From the NCBI GenBank assembly GCA_049967655.1, contig JBMFSH010000003.1:1-64000 (forward strand): 64,000 bases of DNA, read 5' to 3'. Both the position numbers and the translations under genes were made by a program. This document shows positions 58,369-64,000 of this stretch, piece by piece. The stretch's first letter is position 1, and each line of letters starts with the position of its first letter. This DNA comes from Acidobacteriota bacterium. GTDB taxonomy: Bacteria; Acidobacteriota; UBA4820; DSQY01. The notes under the pieces are model-generated. The model did not search any database. It was given only the letters and a program-made list of their open reading frames with translations, and was not told where the DNA came from.

Positions 58369-59862
58369 CTAGCGTCCCGCGTCCCGCCTCTCGCTCTCAT
58401 TCAGATGCGGCAGGAAGAAGATCAGCGCCATGCCTGGAATGGTGGCGATGAAGGTGAAGCCGAAGAAGGCGGCGTAGCCGAGCCAGTGGGCGAGGAAGCC
58501 CGAGAGGACGCCGGAGAGGCTGGAGGCCACGTTCATGACGCTCGTGGCGAGGGACATGTGGGCCGCCTTGTAGGCCGGCTTGCAGGTCCGCATGATGAAG
58601 ACCAGGAAGACCGCCGTGCCGTTCCCCGCGCCGAAGGCCTCCAAGACCACGAAGAGCGCCACCACCGTGAGGTTGGCCGTGCCCCGCTCGGGATGGCCGA
58701 TGATCCCCCCGTAGATCAGCGCGAGCAGCATGTAGAAGAGGTTCGGCAGGTTCTGGGCGAGGACCAGCGGCCAAATCACCCGCTTGAGCCCGAAGCGTCC
58801 GATGAGGTGGCCGCCGAGAATCCCCCCCGCGATGGAGGCGCCGATGCCGAGGGTCCCGTAGATGAGCCCGTACTGGGCCCTGTCCACGCCGATGTCCTTC
58901 AGCATGGGGTAGACCATGGCCAGCAGGAAGGCCTCCCCCGAGCGGTAGAGAACCAGGAAGGCCAGGATGACGCCGATGCGCGGCTGGTCCAGGTAGTCGA
59001 TGAAGGCCCTGGCGTAGAAGGAATCGGAGGCGGCCAGGTGGCGGCGAAGGCGCGGCAGGTTGGCCAGGAGCAGCAGAAGCGCGGATAAAAGGCCGAGGGT
59101 GATCCAGCCGGGAACCCCCACCCTGGCCAGGTAGGGCTGGAGGTCCTTCCTGGCCGCCGCCACCGGCGCCAGTAGCCACAGCGCCCGGAGGGCCAGGAGG
59201 AGCAGGGCCGTTCCGGCCACCCAAAGCAGTCGCCTGGGCGAGGCCGCCCACCGGGCCAGATCGGAGATGGGCCGCCTGGGCTCCTCCACCTTCGGAAGGA
59301 AGAGGAGGTGGTAGACCATGAGGCCGGCCAGCAGCGCCGCCGAGAGGAGGAAGGCAGGGCTCCAGCCGGCGACCCCAGAGAGCCAGACGATGCCGCCGCC
59401 GCCCGCGATGAGGGCCAGGCGGTAGGCCATGGCCTGGTAGCCGACGTACCGGGCCTGCCCCTCCCGGTCCAGCGCCTCCAGGTAGTAACCGTCGATGGCG
59501 ATGTCGTGGCTGGCCGAGAGGAAGGCCGTGATCAGGAAGAGCACCGAGGCCACCGCCAGGGGGTCGGCGAGGGCGGAGCCGGCGGCCAGGGCCAGCGCCG
59601 CCGCCGCGAGCGCGGCCTCCGCCGCCAGGAGCCACCTCCGCTTGGTGGCGAAGGCGTCGGCCAGGGGCGCCCAGAGGAACTTGAGGACCCACGGCAGGCC
59701 GTAGAGCGAGGTCATGCCCACGGCCTCCAGGCTGGCGCCGTGGTCCCTGAAGAAGACGGTGGAGATCTGGCGGACGAGGCTGTAGGGGAAGCCTTCGGCG
59801 AAGTAGGTCGAGAGCACCCAGAAGGGAGGGGCCTTCTTGCGGGGGGCCGTTTCCGCGTTCAT
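58369..59862 (-). CDS. ampG: AmpG-family MFS permease
   Basis: YFAEGFPY, LPWVLKFLWAPL, SASHDIAIDGY. Confidence 0.8.
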   Translation of the reverse strand: MNAETAPRKKAPPFWVLSTYFAEGFPYSLVRQISTVFFRDHGASLEAVGMTSLYGLPWVLKFLWAPLADAFATKRRWLLAAEAALAAAALALAAGSALADPLAVASVLFLITAFLSASHDIAIDGYYLEALDREGQARYVGYQAMAYRLALIAGGGGIVWLSGVAGWSPAFLLSAALLAGLMVYHLLFLPKVEEPRRPISDLARWAASPRRLLWVAGTALLLLALRALWLLAPVAAARKDLQPYLARVGVPGWITLGLLSALLLLLANLPRLRRHLAASDSFYARAFIDYLDQPRIGVILAFLVLYRSGEAFLLAMVYPMLKDIGVDRAQYGLIYGTLGIGASIAGGILGGHLIGRFGLKRVIWPLVLAQNLPNLFYMLLALIYGGIIGHPERGTANLTVVALFVVLEAFGAGNGTAVFLVFIMRTCKPAYKAAHMSLATSVMNVASSLSGVLSGFLAHWLGYAAFFGFTFIATIPGMALIFFLPHLNESERRDAGR

Positions 59863-59946
59863 GGGAGCTGCCGGCCCGCGCCGAAAACCGGGCGCGGCGG
59901 GGGGCGGCGCCGTCCACCGCTCTGATCGGGGAGGCCGAGACCCCCC

Positions 59947-61848
<1,902 letters not shown>

Positions 61849-62146
61849 CCGCAACCTCCTCCGGAGCGGGATTGTAACGGAGAAAGGCGGGATGCGAAAG
61901 GCGGAGGGCGGAAGAAGAGGGGCAAACCACAGAGCCACAGAGACACAAAGGAGTGACGAAGGGCTAAAGAAGGGGCCAAACCACAGAGGCGCAGAGACAC
62001 GGAGGAACGATGAAGGGCTGAGGGAGGATGCGGCCGCCGACCGCCGTCTCGCTTTTCGCCTCTCACGCCTCGCGGCTAAATTTCCGCCGCCTTGCCGCTC
62101 CGGCGGCCGCGTGCCATGCTGGGGGCTGACTCGGCGGAGGTGGATC

Positions 62147-62521
62147 ATGAGGCTCCTGCACACGATGCTGAGGGTGCGAGATCTCGAGAAAAGCCTGGCC
62201 TTCTACTGCGGCTTCATCGGCCTGCACGAGGTCCGGCGCACGCCCGTGGGCGATGAGGCCACCCTCGTCTTCCTCACGGACGAGGAGGAGCGGTACTTCC
62301 TGGAGCTGACCTACAACCACGACAACCCGGACTACACGCTGGGGGACCAGTACGGCCACCTCGCCTTCGGGACGCCCGACCTGGATGCGGTGGAGGCGGA
62401 GGTGAAGCGCCGCGGCTGGGAGTTCTGGCCGAGCCGGCCCGAGCTGAAGAGCCGCTACCTCTTCGTCTGCGACCCCGACGGGTACGACGTGGAGATCATT
62501 GAGACGAGGGGGCGTGGTTAG
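62147..62521 (+). CDS. gloA: Lactoylglutathione lyase / VOC family
   Basis: MRLLHTMLRVRDLEKSLAFY, LELTYN, YGHLAF, DPDGY.VEII. Confidence 0.85.
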   Translation: MRLLHTMLRVRDLEKSLAFYCGFIGLHEVRRTPVGDEATLVFLTDEEERYFLELTYNHDNPDYTLGDQYGHLAFGTPDLDAVEAEVKRRGWEFWPSRPELKSRYLFVCDPDGYDVEIIETRGRG

Positions 62522-62523
62522 GT

Positions 62524-62604
62524 AATTAGGCGATTCAGCGATTAAGCGAGTAAGCGATTAGGCAAGTAAGCGATTCGGCGAGTGGGCTGTTAGGCGAATG
62601 GGGC
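62524..62604 (+). repeat. Degenerate tandem 8-mer array (about TAAGCGAT); related array at 49992-50023
   Basis: gcgattaagcgagtaagc occurs identically at 62538 and 49992. Confidence 0.65.
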
Positions 62605-62656
62605 AAGAGATCGGGTCAGCATCTCGCGTCTCACGTTTCGCTTTGCGGAGGTTGTC

Positions 62657-63013
62657 ATGCCGCACCTGAAAGAGTTCCGCGAATTCCGCGAAAAGATGAA
62701 CGGGCGCATCCTGGCCGAGGGCCACAAGGGGATCCAGCGCTTCTTCGCGCTGGATTCGCAGGCCTACGCCGAAGGGGCCCTGCCGCCCAAGACCAAGGAG
62801 CTCATGGGGCTGACGGCCTCCATGGTGCTCCGCTGCGACGACTGCATCGCCTACCACGTGATCCGGTGCAGGGAGGAGGGGTGCAGCCGGGCCGAGCTCT
62901 TCGAGGCCTTCAACGTGGCCCTCGTGGTGGGCGGCTCCATCGTCATTCCCCACCTCCGTCGGGCCGTGGCCCTCCTGGATGAAATGGAGGCGCAGGGAGG
63001 GGAGGCGCCGTGA
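62657..63013 (+). CDS. Carboxymuconolactone decarboxylase/AhpD family protein
   Basis: GALPPKTKELMGL..SMVLRCDDCIAYH. Confidence 0.88.
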   Translation: MPHLKEFREFREKMNGRILAEGHKGIQRFFALDSQAYAEGALPPKTKELMGLTASMVLRCDDCIAYHVIRCREEGCSRAELFEAFNVALVVGGSIVIPHLRRAVALLDEMEAQGGEAP

Positions 63014-63078
63014 ACCGCTTCGCCGCCGTGGGTTGGGCCGAGGGAGGCCCGGCCGGAAGCGCCGGGAGGAGGTGAGCT

Positions 63079-63429
63079 GTGCTTGGCCGGCGATGGTTTC
63101 CGGGACTCTTGTGGGGCGGCGCGGCGGCTTCGGGCGCGGCGGCCTGGCTCTTCGAGGGCTGGCGCTGGGAGGGACGCCTCACGGCTCTGCTGCTCCTGGG
63201 AGGGGCCGTGGTCGTGGGCTACCTTCGCCCCCGGATCATGTGGGCGGCCGCCGGCCTGGTTCTGGCCTCGGTTCTGGCCGCGCGCTGGCTGGGCGGGCTG
63301 GTGGGGTTCACGCCCTCGCCGGCCTTCTCGCCGTGGACCGTTCTGGTGCCCCTCGTTCCCCTGCTGGCCGGCGCGTGGCTGGGCGCCTCGCTGAGGCCGC
63401 GGGGAAAGCCCCGAAAGTCAGCCTCTTAA
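63079..63429 (+). CDS. Small membrane protein
   Basis: About 4 hydrophobic segments; RBS ggaggagg upstream of GTG. Confidence 0.6.
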   Translation: MLGRRWFPGLLWGGAAASGAAAWLFEGWRWEGRLTALLLLGGAVVVGYLRPRIMWAAAGLVLASVLAARWLGGLVGFTPSPAFSPWTVLVPLVPLLAGAWLGASLRPRGKPRKSAS

Positions 63430-63437
63430 CGAACCTG

Positions 63438-63466
63438 AAAAAATGAGGGCCCCGTCGCCGGGGCCC
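63438..63466 (-). terminator. Intrinsic terminator for sodA
   Basis: gggccccg/cggggccc stem followed by a T run on the minus strand. Confidence 0.6.
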
Positions 63467-63505
63467 GTGGCTGGACTGCCTGCCGTGTGGTGTGGCGGTT
63501 CGGGA

Positions 63506-64000
63506 TCAGCCGCGCGCCTTCTGGTAGCGCTGGTTGATGACGTCCCACCGGAGCGTGTTCCACCACGCCTTGATGTAATCGGCGCGACGGTTCTGGTACT
63601 TGAGGTAGTAGGCGTGCTCCCAGACGTCCACGCCCATCACGGGGAACTTGCCCTGCATGAAGGGGCTGTCCTGGTTGGGGGTGGAGATGACCTCCAGCTT
63701 GCCGTCGCTCAAGACGAGCCAACCCCACCCAGAGCCGAAGTGGCCGCCGGCGATGGCGTTGAGCCTCTCCTGGAAGGCGGTGAAGCTGCCGAAGGTCTTG
63801 TCGATGGCGCCGGCCAGATCGCCGGTGGGAGTGCCGCCGGCGTTGGGGCCCATGATCTCCCAGAACATGGTGTGGTTGGCGTGACCGCCGCCGTGGTTGC
63901 GGACGGCCGTGCGGATGGCCTCGGGCACCTTGTCGATGGCACGAAGAAGATCCTGAACCGGCTTGCCCTGCAAGTCGGGGTGCCCCTCCAGGGCCTTGTT
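63506..64000 (-). CDS. sodA: Mn/Fe superoxide dismutase (5' end outside the window)
   Basis: [40 protein letters not shown]. Confidence 0.95.
   Translation of the reverse strand, partial: NKALEGHPDLQGKPVQDLLRAIDKVPEAIRTAVRNHGGGHANHTMFWEIMGPNAGGTPTGDLAGAIDKTFGSFTAFQERLNAIAGGHFGSGWGWLVLSDGKLEVISTPNQDSPFMQGKFPVMGVDVWEHAYYLKYQNRRADYIKAWWNTLRWDVINQRYQKARG

Noticed and set aside
62524..62604. CRISPR array (also considered for 1011-1154 and the CACAGAG repeats)
   Set aside because: Units are 7-9 nt and tandem with no unique spacers; no cas genes

Overview
GC-rich bacterial chromosomal window. The gene content suggests a facultative or strict anaerobe with an outer membrane, possibly Acidobacteriota; this is inference only. 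(1) 1-4218 is the right end of an integrative element (XRE HTH, ParA plus a repeat-rich adaptor, AbiEi/AbiEii type IV toxin-antitoxin pair), ending at a 45-bp 3' fragment of tRNA-Pro(CGG), an att core. (2) 4.3-12.1 kb holds an MFS transporter, a frameshifted rhodanese, a DUF3300 protein and a MarR-ABC-DHA2 efflux operon. (3) 12.2-38.4 kb is a divergent sulfur/redox superlocus centred on an OrpR-like PAS sigma54 activator. Its left arm has thi4, two CGGC proteins, DUF134, a DUF5320-like protein, a NifB/NifX-family protein, a radical SAM enzyme, three methyltransferases, an OYE-type flavoenzyme and a selenocysteine peroxiredoxin; two matching sigma70 promoters there share a GAACATATGTTC operator. 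Its right arm is a sigma54 operon: small Cys protein-tusA-mvhD-hdrL-like-hdrA-wHTH-qmoC-like-dsrE-dsrE-cytidylate-kinase-like-rubrerythrin-like-dsrE2-OYE, with no hdrBC, aprAB, sat or dsrAB in the window. This operon is the best candidate for an undescribed system. (4) 38.5-64 kb is mostly housekeeping and secreted-protein genes (mtgA, exported MEMO1-like, penicillin acylase, prkA-yeaH-spoVR, greA, PKD protein, secreted hydrolase pair, tyrA with a Tyr-rich leader-peptide attenuator, Spy/CpxP, msrC, ampG, ABC-F, glyoxalase, CMD, sodA). Several intergenic repeat families recur. All family calls come from motif recognition by eye; no database searches were run.
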